Assembly: GCA_951406725.2 (NCBI GenBank) | Contig: OX597828.1 | Location: forward strand, 65,286,001 to 65,350,000 | Source of the DNA: Octopus vulgaris | Lineage: Eukaryota | Reading direction: 5' to 3' | DNA length: 64,000 nt | Shown here: positions 29,716 through 43,553 of the stretch, piece after piece | Position numbering within the stretch: position 1 is the first letter of the stretch | Layout of the letters: every line of letters begins with the position of its first letter | Program-made: the position numbers and the translations under genes | The notes under the pieces: generated by a model | Told to the model about the DNA's origin: nothing | Databases searched by the model: none | The model's input: the letters and a program-made list of their open reading frames with translations, nothing else

Positions 29716-29792
<77 letters not shown>

Positions 29793-29875
29793 TATATAAG
29801 GAGAATTCACAAAAAAACAAAAGGCGAAGACAGGTGGTGTAGAAAACATACATATGTATTAGTATAACGCTCGGG

Positions 29876-29926
<51 letters not shown>

Positions 29927-30469
29927 TTATATAAAATCCATTCTGTCTGTCTGTGTGTCTTCTAGGATCTCGGGCATCCTCCACTCGATTGCGCTCAAAT
30001 TTGATATGTAGATACCGACGGTAACAGGGCGTGTATAAGTCTTGAAAAAATTACAAAAATCGATTCCAGGTGAGAATGCGATCGATAAAGCCGTGGGAAC
30101 GTGCATTTGTACGCGCAAGTTCATCAGCTGTTGCGATCGCTACTACGTGTACGCGAGAAAAATTCACGTGCAGTTTGCGCTAAAAAGCATGCTGGCTTGA
30201 AATAATGCTACAAAATGCAGTATATTTATGAGACCAAAAAAGTAAGATGCAGAAGAGATATTTTCTTCAAATTTGGCATGAAGGAAAGGAAGACTATTTG
30301 ATTTCCCAAGAAGTTTTTTTTTGCCTTAGCTTTGTTTAACAAAACCAAAAATTTTATTGAAATAAAGGCAGGCTTAATTAGTTTTTAATGAAAAGAAAAA
30401 CTGATTGCTTTTTATTCAGCAGATATGATTCAGCACCGTCCATTGGACGGGGGTGGGGGCGTTTTGCTC

Positions 30470-30509
<40 letters not shown>

Positions 30510-30511
<2 letters not shown>

Positions 30512-30733
30512 TCTCCTTGTTTTTTCTCTCCTTTTTTTCTCTCCTTTTTTCTCTCCTTTTTTTCTCTCCCTGTTTCTTTCCTTGTTTTTTTTTCTCTGTG
30601 TCCCTTTCTGTAGAAGAGCGTAGGCTCGAAACTTAAAAGACTTTTTCTATTCCTGAGCGTTACACTAATACATCTGTTTTTTTTTTTTGTACACCACCTG
30701 TCTTCGTCTTTTGTTTTTTTCGTAGATTCTCCC
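30510..30733 (+). mobile_element. Minimal-HHR element between (TA)n tracts (3'-half copy on minus strand at ~29799-29882)
   Basis: cttt CTGTAGA a gagc gtag gctc GAAACTTA aaag. Confidence 0.65.
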
Positions 30734-30741
30734 TATATATA

Positions 30742-30777
<36 letters not shown>

Positions 30778-30964
30778 TGTATGTATGTATGTATGTATGT
30801 ATGTGTGTGTGTATTCATATATATGTATATATACATATATGTATGTATGTATGTATGTGTGCATGTATTTATAAGACGTCTATATAATGCTCAGAGCTTT
30901 TCGCTCTTCAACTTTGCGTTCAAATTCTGCCAAGGCCAATATTGCCTTCCGTTCTTTATTGGTA

Positions 30965-31438
30965 TAAGCGTAACTGTGTGTGAAGAAGTTTGTTCTCCAG
31001 CCACATGGTTCCGGGTTCAATCTTATGCGTGGTACCTGGACAAGTGCCCTCTTCTATATCCTCAGGGCGACCAATACTTCCTGAATGGACTTGATAGATG
31101 GAAACTAAAATAAGCTAGTCGTATAGATATATGTGTGTGCGTACCTCTGTGTGTATGTGTGAGTGTTTGTATGTGTGTGTGTGTTTGTGTGTGTGTCATT
31201 GTGTCCGTTTTTTGTCCTCTGTCACCACTTGACGACCGGTGTTTGTGTGTTTACGTCTTCGCAACTTAGCGATTCGGCAAAAGAGGCTGATAGAATAATT
31301 ACTAAGCTTTAAAAAAAAAGAAAAAGAAATAAGTAACTAGATGAGTCTTGAAGATCGATTCTTTCACCTAAAAATTCTTCAAGACGGTGCACCAGCGTGG
31401 CCGCAATCTAATAACAGAAACAATAAAACATAAAAGAT
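30965..31438 (+). mobile_element. Diverged SINE family B
   Basis: catggttccgggttcaa..., cttagcgattcggcaaaag, ggtgcaccagcgtggccgca. Confidence 0.75.
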
Positions 31439-31457
31439 AGCTAGTTAGCTAGCAAGC

Positions 31458-31555
<98 letters not shown>

Positions 31556-32082
31556 TGGTCACTCTGTAGCTGTGGTTTATCAGCTGATTTCTAAATATAG
31601 CCAGTCACTAGGTTGTATCTAATGAAAAATTATCTGCAGCAAACAGATTTGTTCCTGCCAGACTACATACACCTTATATAAAATGTAGTATTTAGAAAGT
31701 CCTTCTACGCTCTCAGACCATAAGAAATCTTTTAAATGTTATTATTTTGTAATATCTTTGTACTTAATTATATACCTTTCTCATTTAACTCATTGCATTT
31801 GCAAATTAAGATGCTGCGCAACTAATTTTTAGAAATGTTATTTTCCAGTTAATTGCACAAGCTATACACCAATTGGCATGACTAAACAATATTTATATTA
31901 ACTATTTTTTAGAATTTGTTATGGTCTTCGTTTGTTAATGATATAATATAAGAAAAATTTATTAATATAAAATCGTTTGCAAGCCGGACAAAATGGTTGG
32001 CAGCATTTCGTCCGCCTTTATGTTCTGAGATCAAATTCTGCCGAGGTCGACTTTGCCTTTCATCCTTACAAGGTCGATAAAA

Positions 32083-32338
32083 TCATCATCATCATCATTG
32101 TTCGACCGTGGTCGAGACAATGGAATTTACTATGCTACGCCAGACTTCACGGTCCATCATAGCATTACGGAGGTCCTGTTGCTGGATACCTGTATCCCTG
32201 GAGATTACATCAGAGTAGGAGTGTGTGCGCCCTCTGATATCGCGAGTAGATGGCTTCCAGAGGAGAAGAGTAGAAATTGCCTCGTTTCCAGCTCTACAAC
32301 AATGTCCAGCAAACTGGACTCTCCTACCTTTCACACGC
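32083..32338 (-). mobile_element. RTE-type LINE 3' end with (TGA)n tail, inserted in a family-A-like SINE (~31990-32430)
   Basis: RRVQFAGHCCRA..LLLWKP..RGR..DREVWRSIV; SINE halves on both sides. Confidence 0.8.
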
Positions 32339-33054
32339 TAAAATAATTACTAGCCAAGTAGTGTGATTGATGTAAACGACTTTCCCCTCCTCACAAAAAA
32401 CTGCTAGCCCCGTGCTAAATTTGAAACCATTATAATTTACTTACCAGGATGTAACCGGCTTAATTACATTTACTATCGAACCACAATATTCGATCTCGGA
32501 TACAAAAAAAAATCACCCTTCTATTTTCTTTTATTGATGCACTCCCCTACTGTTTATATCTGTTTTTACTTCATATCAAGAATTTTCTGTGTAATTCTTA
32601 CAGATTGAATTGAATAACAACTTACCACTCCCATATCAAGCTTTCAAAGAAGTGCCACTAAATTTCTTTCTAACAGTTGTACCGAAGCCCCAAATGATAA
32701 TTGGTAGGATTGTGACCATGTCTTAAGTATTTCGTATAATAATATATTTCATCGTGTAATTGCTTCAATCATTAGACTGAGACCGTGCTAAGGCACCGCT
32801 TTGAAGGGTGTTAAAACAGAATTGCTAATCTTCACCGAAGTCGACTTCCCAAGCCTAACAGCATTGTTGTGTGTTGGTAATGATGTTAGCTACAACAATA
32901 GCAACAAATCACATGGAAGAAATAACGAAAACAATACCCGCATGCTAAACAGTAGAAGCAACGGCAAAGAAACGGTAGCAAGACCGCCACCACTAGCCGA
33001 ATTAAGAGTCAGTCCACCATCAACCAACTACGTCACCAAGCAACAGCAACATCA

Positions 33055-33424
33055 GTGGAGGCGCAATGGCCCAGTGGTTAGGGGAGCGGACTCGCGGTCG
33101 GAAGATCGCGGTTTCGATTACCAGACCGGGCGTTGTGTGTGTTTATTGAGCGAAAACACCTAAAGCGCCACGAGGCTCCGGCAGGGAGTGGTGGCGACCC
33201 CTGTTGTATTCTTTCGCTCCAACTTTCTCTCACTCTTTCTTCCTGTTTCTTGTCCCCGACATCCTACGCAACCGCTGAGCCTGGGTGCGCATTCAACCAT
33301 CCGTCGATGCTTTCGGTGTCGGGGGTTGACCTGCTTTCTCTTCTGCGGGTCTTACTAATAGCAAAGGACCACGTTTCGGACTTCTCCCATCTTGCGAGCT
33401 CTGGGACGAAGACCGTTCGCTCAG
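33055..33424 (+). mobile_element. tRNA-derived SINE family C, 16-bp TSD agcaacagcaacatca
   Basis: A box tggcccagtgg, B box ggtttcgatt; second copy at 36055. Confidence 0.88.
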
Positions 33425-33635
33425 CAGCAACAGCAACATCAAGCGATGCTATCACTACTACTATCAAGGATACCACTGCGACAACCACAGAATTCATATA
33501 TTTGTAAGTCTTGCACTTATCGGTATTTTTGCTGAAATGCTGCGTTACTAGGACGTAAAGAAACCAACATCGGTTGTCGAGCAGTTTTCGGGGACAAGCA
33601 CAAGCATAATAAACACACACACACACATACACACA

Positions 33636-33666
<31 letters not shown>

Positions 33667-34254
33667 ATCGTCATCTTGAGCTTTATCTCATATCCAATAA
33701 TTTAATTTCTTCTTTGTGGATCACTCCCTTGCGTTGATGACTAAACAGACCGATTCTGGATGGTAATGATGGAAGACGAGGTTGATTTTGTCGCCCTTTC
33801 TCTTGTTGTTTGATTTCTTCCTTTCCTCAGCCAGTCACCAAGGTCGACTTTGCCTTTTATCCATTCAAGGTCGGTAAAAAAAGGAGCCTATGGTCACTAA
33901 GGTCGATGTAATTGGCTTACCCTTCCCCCGAAATTGCTGGCCTGGTGCCAAAATTGTAACCAATATTTTATTGGAGCGTGAGTTAGGGTGCCTATACCAG
34001 GGAGACCTACTAGACTGACTTTTGATGAAGACCATACAAGTGGTTCACATTCAGTTAAGGGAATTTCGTCCCTTTAAGAGTAATCCGACCAATAAAATTT
34101 CAGATGTATTTAGTTTACCGTTGCTTCCAGCACAAGTAACAGGTGAGATATACTGTGTAGTTTTCTATGCCCCAACCAAACTGATGGGTACACATGTGAG
34201 TGCGTGTGTCCTCCTATTTGTTTATCATGTACAGTAAATAATACATATGTAACC

Positions 34255-34458
34255 ACATGTGGACTGTTGGCGATTTTTTTCATCCTTCTTCCTTTTCTTT
34301 TGGACTTTCTTATGTCTCCTGTTTCCGAAGAAGAGCTGTGCTCGAAACGTAAAACAGCCACTCTTTCTTTCCTTCTCTGAATATCTCATTAATACTCTGC
34401 ACGTACAACGTCCGCGTATTGTTGTTTTTTTCTTGCATTTTTCTCCGCTTTTTTTAAT

Positions 34459-34463
<5 letters not shown>
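34255..34463 (+). mobile_element. Minimal-HHR element, copy 1 of a (TA)n-spaced pair
   Basis: ctgttt CCGAAGA a gagc tgt gctc GAAACGTA aaacag (34319-34357). Confidence 0.7.
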
Positions 34464-34512
<49 letters not shown>

Positions 34513-34514
<2 letters not shown>

Positions 34515-34717
34515 GTGACCGCGTGTGTACCGTTGGCGATTTTTTTTCTCCCGTCTTCCCTTCCTTGGATTTTTCCTTTTCCTGTGTTTCTGACGAAGAA
34601 CTACGCTCGAAACATTAAATCCTCCCTCTTTCTTTCCTTTCCTGAGCGTCCAATAACACTATACTTGTTCCACGTCCTCGCGTTGTTGTGTTTTCTCTTG
34701 TGTTTTCATGTTTGGAT

Positions 34718-34722
<5 letters not shown>
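34513..34722 (+). mobile_element. Minimal-HHR element, copy 2 (another 3'-half copy at ~42065-42155)
   Basis: ttt CTGACGA agaac tac gctc GAAACATTA aat. Confidence 0.65.
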
Positions 34723-34779
<57 letters not shown>

Positions 34780-35544
34780 TATATAACACCCTCCTATTTT
34801 TAGATCCTAATTTATTTATGTTTTTCTTAACCTTGATATCTAGAAATATTTCTATCTTATATTCTACCTGTATAAGTAATTTTTAGACGGTTTAGGCTGT
34901 TTGCCATTTTAAAGGTTGACGTTTTTATTCCTATATTTATCGACCTCTCATTCGTTTTGCACCTCCTATATCTATCACACACAACTCCTTACATGTAAAG
35001 TTTATTTATATGTAATTTTATATGTATTTTTATATATATTTATATTTCTTCTATATTTTTATGTATGTTTCATTTTATTCTTTATATCCTTGGTAGATCT
35101 TTACGCTTGTGCATGCATGATTTATGTTGATGTGTATAAATATATATGATTCAACTGCTTTGATTAAATATTTTCATTTATGCATTTGGGAATCTGTTTC
35201 ACTGCCTATGATTTGCGTTTTCAATTTTCTCTACTCTGTATTTTTTCGCATAGGCTCTCTATGAGCACTCCGTAAATAGCCCATGCATTTTAAAACATAC
35301 TTAATATCATATATATATGTGTGCGTGTATGTGTGTGTGTGTAAGAGTATATACGTATAAAGACCATATGTGAATTATATATTCATCTACATATTTTGTG
35401 TGTACGTCTTTGTAGATTATGGCTCTGTCTCCCTTGATTGTACAGAGTTCACTTTTGTGCTTCCTCATGCGTTTTAGAAACACGCTGTTTAATGATTTTA
35501 TCGTCAGTATAAAAGAATTCTCGTAGCAAATATGAGAAACAAGT

Positions 35545-35576
<32 letters not shown>

Positions 35577-35617
35577 GGTGGTGGTGGTGGTGGTGGTGGT
35601 GGTAGTAGTAGTAGTAG

Positions 35618-35658
<41 letters not shown>
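35545..35658. repeat. Compound triplet array (GTA)n(GGT)n(GTA)n(GTT)n
   Basis: Direct reading. Confidence 0.95.
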
Positions 35659-35659
<1 letters not shown>

Positions 35660-36054
35660 TCGTCGTCCTTCTGGGTATCCACTATGTAAGAACAATCGTT
35701 GCTCGCTGCTTCTTTTGTTGTTGACGACGACCTCTTAAAATTGGTCGCTTTTTTTATTTCAAACCTAACAGGGGCTATATCCCCGAAACATCTCTCACAG
35801 AAAATTTTCGAAAAGACATAAATAGAAAAAAAGATGGCGTTGTATTTGTTAACAGGCTATGAAGATGAGGAAATGGCAGACGTTAAAAACAGGGAGAGTG
35901 TTGAAAATGCTAATCTTCACCGAAGTCGATTTCCGAAGCCTAACGGCATTGTTGGCTTGTTCAGTAATGACGTTAGCTACAACAAAAGCAACAAATCACC
36001 TGGAAGAAATAACGAAAACAATACCAGCATGCTAAACAGTAGCAGCAACAGCAA

Positions 36055-36430
36055 GTGGAGGCGCAATGGCCCAGTGGTTAGGGGATCGGACTCGCGGTCG
36101 GAGGATCGCGGTTTCGATTCTCAGACCGGGCGTTGTGTGTGTTTATTGAGCGAAAACACCTAAAGCTCCACGAGGTTCCGGCAGGAGGGTTGGGTGGCGA
36201 CCCCTGTTGTACTCTTTCGCCCCAACTTTCTCTCACTCTTTTTTCCTGTTTCTTGTCCCCGACTTCACCGCAACCGCTGAGCCTGGATGCGCATTCATCC
36301 ATCCGTCGATGCTTTCGGTGTCGGGGGTTGACCTACTTTCTCTTCTGCGGGTCTGACGAATAGCAAAGGACCACGTTTCGGACTTCTCCCATCTTGCGAG
36401 CTCTGGGACGAAGACCGCTTCGCTCAACAC
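36055..36430 (+). mobile_element. SINE family C
   Basis: Near-identical to 33055-33424; short TSD caacagcaa. Confidence 0.88.
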
Positions 36431-37065
36431 CAACAGCAACATGCAAAGAAATGATAGCAAGATCGCTACCACCAGCCGGATTGAGAGTCAATTCACCACC
36501 AGGCAAAAACACCATGAAACAACTACACAACCAAGTGACATCACTACCATTTCTACCAAGGCTTCAGTTACGACAACCGACAAAGGCAACAATAGCAGCA
36601 TCGACTCGTGACCACCAACTCAAAAATGAACATTTAAACATATCTAACTCCACCGTCGCTATTACAAAAGCAGTAAGCAACAACCTCAAAAGTGGCGTAA
36701 GTCAAAAAGGTTGCTTTTTCAGAAAACGAAAAAATAGTTTCGTTATTCCATGGCAAAACCTTTGTACTACACTTTGACAATGTTTTGTATCTTGGCATGT
36801 GAAGCAGCTAGAGATGCGATAGTTTGACAAAAAAAGGAGGGTCTATTGGAAGCAAAAATAAATATTGAAAAAATGCATTTGGCCAAATTTGGACATACGA
36901 CAGTTTAACAAAAAAACAACGATATATACTTTCCCTCTTCCACTCATCTTGGTATACATCCATTCCACCCGACACGCATTTGTAAACAACCTGTTTAATA
37001 TTTCTATATTTTCCAGCCTTCATAGTGATTAAAGAATAAACTAATAGACATCATCATCATCATCA

Positions 37066-37126
<61 letters not shown>

Positions 37127-38348
37127 CATTAAAGGCATTGAACTGGCAAAATCGTTCCAGCGGTATATGTTCCGACTCTTTATATTTTGAATTTAAATCC
37201 TATTGGACTCAACAATGTTTTTCCTCTCTTCGAGGTCGATAAATTAAAGTGCCAGTACAAGTACTGGGATTGATGTTATTGACTAATATACTCCCCTAAA
37301 AATCGCTGACCTTGAGTCTAAATCAGAAACTGTGATTATACTGAAGCTGCTTTGACGTAAAACTAATCTTTCCATGCAGTTTTCCTAAATATCCCAGACG
37401 AAAGTTAGAATCTTTATTGGTTTTATTTTAGAGACATCCTTGGGAAGAAGTGGGTTTTAAACTCTCAGTGTCTCCCACAATTAAAAGAAGTGCAGTTAAT
37501 TTTCACCATCGTCTGCAGCCTGCTGATAAATACTTTCATTCAAAAGATCAACGTATTATGTGTTTAAAGAGGGAAAGTGACAGACAACCGCGACAGCTTG
37601 ATAGTATTAACGCTAAAACTATCGTCTTCGTTGAAAATGACGTCTGCAATGCGAAAATAAGTTATTTTCTCCGAAATGTTTTCTGAGAAATATCATAAGA
37701 AATGTGTTGGTGTTAACTCTAACTACATCAGTAATAATATAATAAAACCTAGCTGTGGAGTGGATATGGACATCAACGATATCAATATGAATAACGATGA
37801 CAAGAAAATCACCATCTTTAACAACAGCAGAAACAACACCAACACCTATAGCAGCAATAAAAACGAAAAAGAAAAGGATAGAATAGGAATTGGTAAAGAT
37901 AAAAATGTCAATATCGACAAGACCAACAAAAAGATGAAAATGTCAGCGAAAAGTCGAACGAAACAAGTAACACTAACATCATCATCATTATCATTTACAA
38001 CAACAAGAAATCAAGAAGCAACAAAAACGACAAAGCCACAATAACAGCGACAGAAATAACAAGGATAAAGAAACGTGAAGAAAAAAATAACGAAAGAAAC
38101 AGCAAGAAATTAAGCTCAACTTCAAGATTCTCCAAAACCTGGAGAAACGCTCATTTCAGTTCAAAAATGAGCATACAACACAAAATGAAGCTTTATGTAA
38201 CATGTCCTGGGCTGAGAGTGTTTCCACAGAGGGAGCTAAAAGATTCTCAGACTGGCACAAGTTACCTACAATGTAGGAAAGCGACGTAGGGAAATGACTG
38301 AAGAGTTTTAGTGTGACATTTCGTAACAGAACGTGTTAGTAGGTGCCT

Positions 38349-38656
38349 GTGGAGGCACATGGTTTAGTGGTTAGAGCAGCGGACTCGCGGTTGAGGGATC
38401 GTGGGTTCGAATCTCAGACCGGGGAATGTGTGTGCGTTTATGCGTGAAACACCTAAGCTCCACGTGGCTCCGGCAGAAGGTAATGGCGAAACTTCTGTTG
38501 ACTCTTTCCCCACAACTTTCTCTCACTCTTTCCTCCTGCATCTAGCAGCTCACCTACGACGGACCGGCGTCCCGTCCAGGTGGGGAACCTATACGCCAAG
38601 AAACCAGGAAACCGGCCCTTATGAGCCAGGCATGGCTCGAGAAGGAACAAACAACA
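38349..38656 (+). mobile_element. SINE family C' (C-like head, different tail), 11-bp TSD agtaggtgcct
   Basis: A/B boxes, (AAC) tail, TSD at 38338 and 38657. Confidence 0.88.
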
Positions 38657-38899
38657 AGTAGGTGCCTAGTCCCGAAGAAAGGGAGAAATGAAAATGTACT
38701 CCCCTAACCTATGTGTCGGAAGAATCTAACCTATTTACTACTTATGTCGCTCTACCAAAATATCGGTTTGTAATGTATCACCAAATCTAGCTCTTTGGAT
38801 TTTGGTGCGCGCATCATTCGATGTCTCATGCAAGGGAAACATTTTGGAAGTAGGCTGAATATCCAGGGGCTATTGGTTTGATGGGGTACCAGCTGAGTA

Positions 38900-39580
38900 G
38901 ATTTTGTGGAGACGGGGGCACATTATGTCAGGGTGCAGAATAGCATTTGCTGAAAGGAGATTTAACTGGCGCCATGACAAGGTGTTTGGAACATTTTCTC
39001 AGGCCCTGGAACAGGAAAGGATCAACAAACACCATTAACAGGTGAAAGTAACAGCAAACATCAAATTAGTGAAAGGAGAAAAGCCAGTGAGGACATCAAA
39101 AAGGACAACTAGTTTACTACGCGGGCCCCAATGATGGGATATGAAATCGGACCAGGAGAAAAACTGCAGTTTCCCCGTGTCATCTATACAACCCTGAGGC
39201 CAGATGTAATTTTGCGGTCTGAAAAGATAAGTCTCGTGGGAAGAAGGATGGGGTATGATCAGGCCTACAAATTGAAGCGTGCCTAATACGAAAGCTTTCA
39301 AAGGATTATAGGGAGGAGAAATGGCAGTTGTGGCTTTTCCATGTCGAAGTTGGCTGTAACGAATTCCCTGCTGGAGGATGCTGACAGGCATTGGAATGAG
39401 TGAAGAGTGGTCGCGTACAGGATGGGAATAGCTGCAGAAGGAGTCTCGTGCTGGTAATGGAGCAAGCGAGATGATGAGCAGTGAGTTGGCCACCTCTTCT
39501 GACCTACCAACGAGAGGGTGTTAGTGTTCAGGGGACGAAACACTTGATGATAGTTCGATACCATTTGACGACATAAATTC
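38900..39580 (+). mobile_element. Decayed HERO/R2-group RLE LINE 3' region
   Basis: Broken frames read FNWRHDKV, LQFP..TTLRPDVIL, LFHVEVGC, AAEGVSCW*WSKR. Confidence 0.7.
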
Positions 39581-40439
39581 CACCAGGCCAGGGCGCCATT
39601 CCTTTTGATGAGTAGAAAAGAAGTGCCTTCTTCTAGGTCTTATCAAGAAGATAATATAAAATAAATAGTGAAGTAAAACTAACTCTGTAATTGCTGTAAA
39701 GCGGAAGGTGTACATTGCCATGATTTGTTAATAAGATGGCACAGGGTGGTACCAAAACACGAAAAAGAAATTTCTGATATTCTTAAATTGACCTGAGAAA
39801 GTATTTTGATTTGATCTCCCATGACAACATTATCAAAATACCAGAATGATAATTAATTTGATGACTCCATGGAAAACGTCATTTAAACAATAATAAAGAA
39901 GTGGCTGACTGATTTTAGGGTCACTAATAACACTGTAACCCTTAAATTCCAGCATCCTAGAATATTCCCTAAATATTCTAAGGAGACAGTCTTTCTAGTT
40001 TTCATTTCGTTTTATTTTTGTTAGCTTTGATTTGTTTAATAAATAACAAATTTGGGATACAGCGTAGAGGAAGAGAAAGAAGTGGGGAGTGTCCTAAGCT
40101 ATTCCAATAACACGTCATCACAAGTGGACTAATGTAGTATGCTCCGAATGATACACTGCTTCAGGGTATTGAGAAATGCTTTAACAAGAACGCTAAGAGG
40201 ACTTTTGAAGTGAAAAATGCATGACTGACAATGAAGCGTCATATTTTAGTATCAGTAGCGCAAATGACTTGGAACTCCAGAGAGGAAAATCAATAAAATA
40301 CCTGGACAATTCTATAGTCTGCGAGTGTTTGGACATAGATAAGAATAAAACTGTTTGCATAAAAGGTAGGCCTACGAAGGAGATTAAGCAATGAATGGTT
40401 TTAGAAATAAAAGAATATTGATTTTTTATTTTGGCATAA

Positions 40440-40780
40440 GGAGAGCAATTTTGGGGAAGGGGAGATTTCGATTATATCGACCACAGTGCTCAATTGTTAC
40501 TTATTTTATCGACCCCGAAAGGATGAAAGGTAAAGTCCATCTCCGCAGAATTTGAAATCAGCAAAGGCAGAAGAAAATCAAAGAATATTGGTTTCAAATG
40601 TTGGTACACGGCCAACAATTTCAAGAAAACTCCATCGAGTCCAGTGTACTGAACTCGACCCCGAAAGGATGAAAAGCAAATTCGACGCCGGCGGTATTTG
40701 AACTCACAACGAAAAGACGTACCAAATGCAGTTAAGTATTTTGCCCGGCATGCTAACGATTCTGCCAACTCGCTGCCTTA
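40440..40780 (-). mobile_element. Diverged and nested family-A-like SINEs
   Basis: cgaccccgaaaggatgaaa occurs twice; ends gccaactcgctgcc. Confidence 0.7.
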
Positions 40781-40904
40781 GAGAGTAAAAAAAAATATTA
40801 CAAACTCATTTCAGTAGTAAGGAGATTATCTTTCATCACAACTTTGCAGTGTCAGTCATAATATACTACTGTGGACGGAACTAAATTTTGTAGCCTGTAA
40901 TACG

Positions 40905-41118
40905 AGAGATCTATGTTGCCATGATAGATCGTTTGCCACTACACACATTTTTGTCTCTCCTTGTTTCTCTCCTTGTTTTTTTCTGTGTCCCTTTCTGTAG
41001 AAGAACGTAGGCTTGAAACGTAAAAGACTTTTACTATGCCTGAGCGTTATACTAATACATCTCTTTGTTTTGTACACCACCTGTCTTCGTCTTTTATTTT
41101 TTTCGTAAACTCTCCCTA
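40905..41118 (+). mobile_element. Minimal-HHR element (30510 subfamily)
   Basis: cttt CTGTAGA agaac gtag gctt GAAACGTA aaag. Confidence 0.65.
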
Positions 41119-41904
41119 TCAACATTATACTACATATTGCATATGTCTAATATTTAGCAACTGTATTCTAGAAAAAAACTTGTAGCAGAGGACTATTGAC
41201 CATGCGAGTGTGGTATAACAAGGAAGTCTTCAATGTTGCCCGTTACCTTTCCAATTCATAAAAAAAAGGAATGATACATGCTGTCGTTGACTATGACAAA
41301 AAAGTAAGTGAATTGATTATATCTGCAGCAACTCGTAAAGATTTCGGATAACTAAAGTCTGAATATAAAACAGGAGAGAGAAAAATCGAGCATATTAATG
41401 ACTGGTAGGTCAAATGTGGTCACAACCATTTCTTCACAGTGCCCATATTTTCGCAAACTTGATGCCCTAAACATAAATAAAAGATTATTTCTGACATGTA
41501 AGAACGCAAAATTAATAAAAATGAGAATTGCAACACAGGCTGACAAATACTTAGAAATCAATGAGCTTGATAGATTACATAAATGGAAGAAAAGGTTACG
41601 AAGGAATATTAACAAAGCATTAGATTAATAGTAAAAATATAAGGTAACAAATATCAATATTTTGGCACCAGTATTGGGACAGAGTTATGGTATTTCCAAA
41701 TCGACAAAACCTGGAGTCATATGACCATAGTGCAAAACAAGAAAAAATATTGGCTTCACTCAGAAGAATATTAGCCAAAATGTGACATAAAAGATTATAT
41801 TTACCAAGGGTATAGGGAGTTATGAGATTTATGTAACTAAAGAAATCCACAATGAATGTTCACGTTTGACTGACAAAAATCCCTATGAAAGACTTTTGAA
41901 AATT

Positions 41905-42064
41905 TAGGCGGAGGCTGGCTTTATGATAAGAAGCTTGTTTCCCAACCACATGGTTCCGGGTTCAGTCCCACTGCGTGGCAACTTCGGCAAAGTGTCTTCT
42001 GTTATAGCCTCGGACTGAGCAAAGCCTTGAGAGTAGATTTGGTAGACAGAAACTGAAAGAAGCC
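41905..42064 (+). mobile_element. SINE family B 5' half (3' half on minus strand at ~42178-42400)
   Basis: Similarity to the full copies. Confidence 0.8.
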
Positions 42065-42672
42065 TGTTCCTTCTTTCCTGAGCGTCCAATAATACTATAT
42101 TTGTTCCACGTCCTCGCGTTGTTGTGTTTTTTTGTGCTTTCATGTTTGGATTAACTATATATATATATATATATAAATACTCCTTTACTTATTTCAGCCA
42201 TTTGACTGCGGCCATGCTGAAGTACCACCTTTTTAGGCGGACAATTCGACCCCACGATTTATTCTTTGTGAGTCTAGTACTTATTTTATTGGTCACTTTT
42301 GCCGAGCCGCTAAGTTACGGGGACGTAAACCCACCAACATCGGTTGTCAAGTGATGTAGGAGGGACAAACACAGACACACAAATACACACACACAAATAC
42401 ATACACACACACACATATATATATAATCTTAGAGGAGAATATGTTGAGTAAACTGGTAATTTACTGATGCTTTCTTTTTCTTTTACCTAAATATGTGTAT
42501 GTGCGTATGTATGTGTATATGTATTTTTGTATGTACGTATGTGTGTGTACGTATATGTATATGTGTATGTGTACGTGTGTGTGTGTGCGTGTGTGTGTGT
42601 CTGTATGTGTGTGTGTATGTGCATGTGTGCGTGTGCGTGTGTGTGTGTATGTGTGTATGTGTGTGTGTATGC

Positions 42673-42721
<49 letters not shown>

Positions 42722-43137
42722 GGCAGTGTTTCTCCATCTCCAGTTTTGAAGACAGCCAACTTGTCCGAGACAGAAAGAAATTGATAAAGAGAAAGAAGAG
42801 AATCGACTCCAGTACTAAAATTGTATTTTATTTATCGAACCCAGAAAAATGAAAAGGCAAAGGTCTAATCGAATACAGCAAGGCAGTCTATCTTGTATTC
42901 TAACGATTTATCCAGATTGTCTTGTACATGAAGATACACATTATATGAAAATGTCCATACGCATGCGTGTATTCGGTGGTTTGGAGAAATATGTTTTATT
43001 GTACGTATTGTTGGGAACTCTTATTAATGTTCATTCTTCGATTACGAAGATTTCTATGAAAAGTTATTTGAATATCTATGCAACAAAGAACAAGACGGAA
43101 AGAAACTACTGGAAGCCAATATATCAGTATGTGTATA

Positions 43138-43230
<93 letters not shown>

Positions 43231-43406
43231 AGTTTGGAGATGATGTACATGTATTTTATATTAGAAGAAATGAGGTACTCAGAAATTCGGATGGTTTTAT
43301 ATTTACAGATATTTATTTGTATATTACATGTTTTTATACATCATATATCATATATCATATATATTAGCGCTTTCGTCCATTCTAGTGGAGTTTTCAAATT
43401 GAGCAT

Positions 43407-43448
<42 letters not shown>

Positions 43449-43553
43449 ATTAATCAATTTAGGGTAGTAAAAAATTCGATAGAAATTTATCACTACCAGC
43501 GGCCTAGTGGAAAAGAAAAATAGTCATGAGACTAAAATGTAAATATATAACAA

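Noticed and set aside
33055-33130. tRNA-like sequences (also 36055, 38349, 57604)
   Set aside because: SINE heads with bodies, tails and TSDs; not tRNA genes.
36353-36400. CTGACGA inside SINE C
   Set aside because: No GAAA or stem arrangement on the same strand; the second copy has cttacta.
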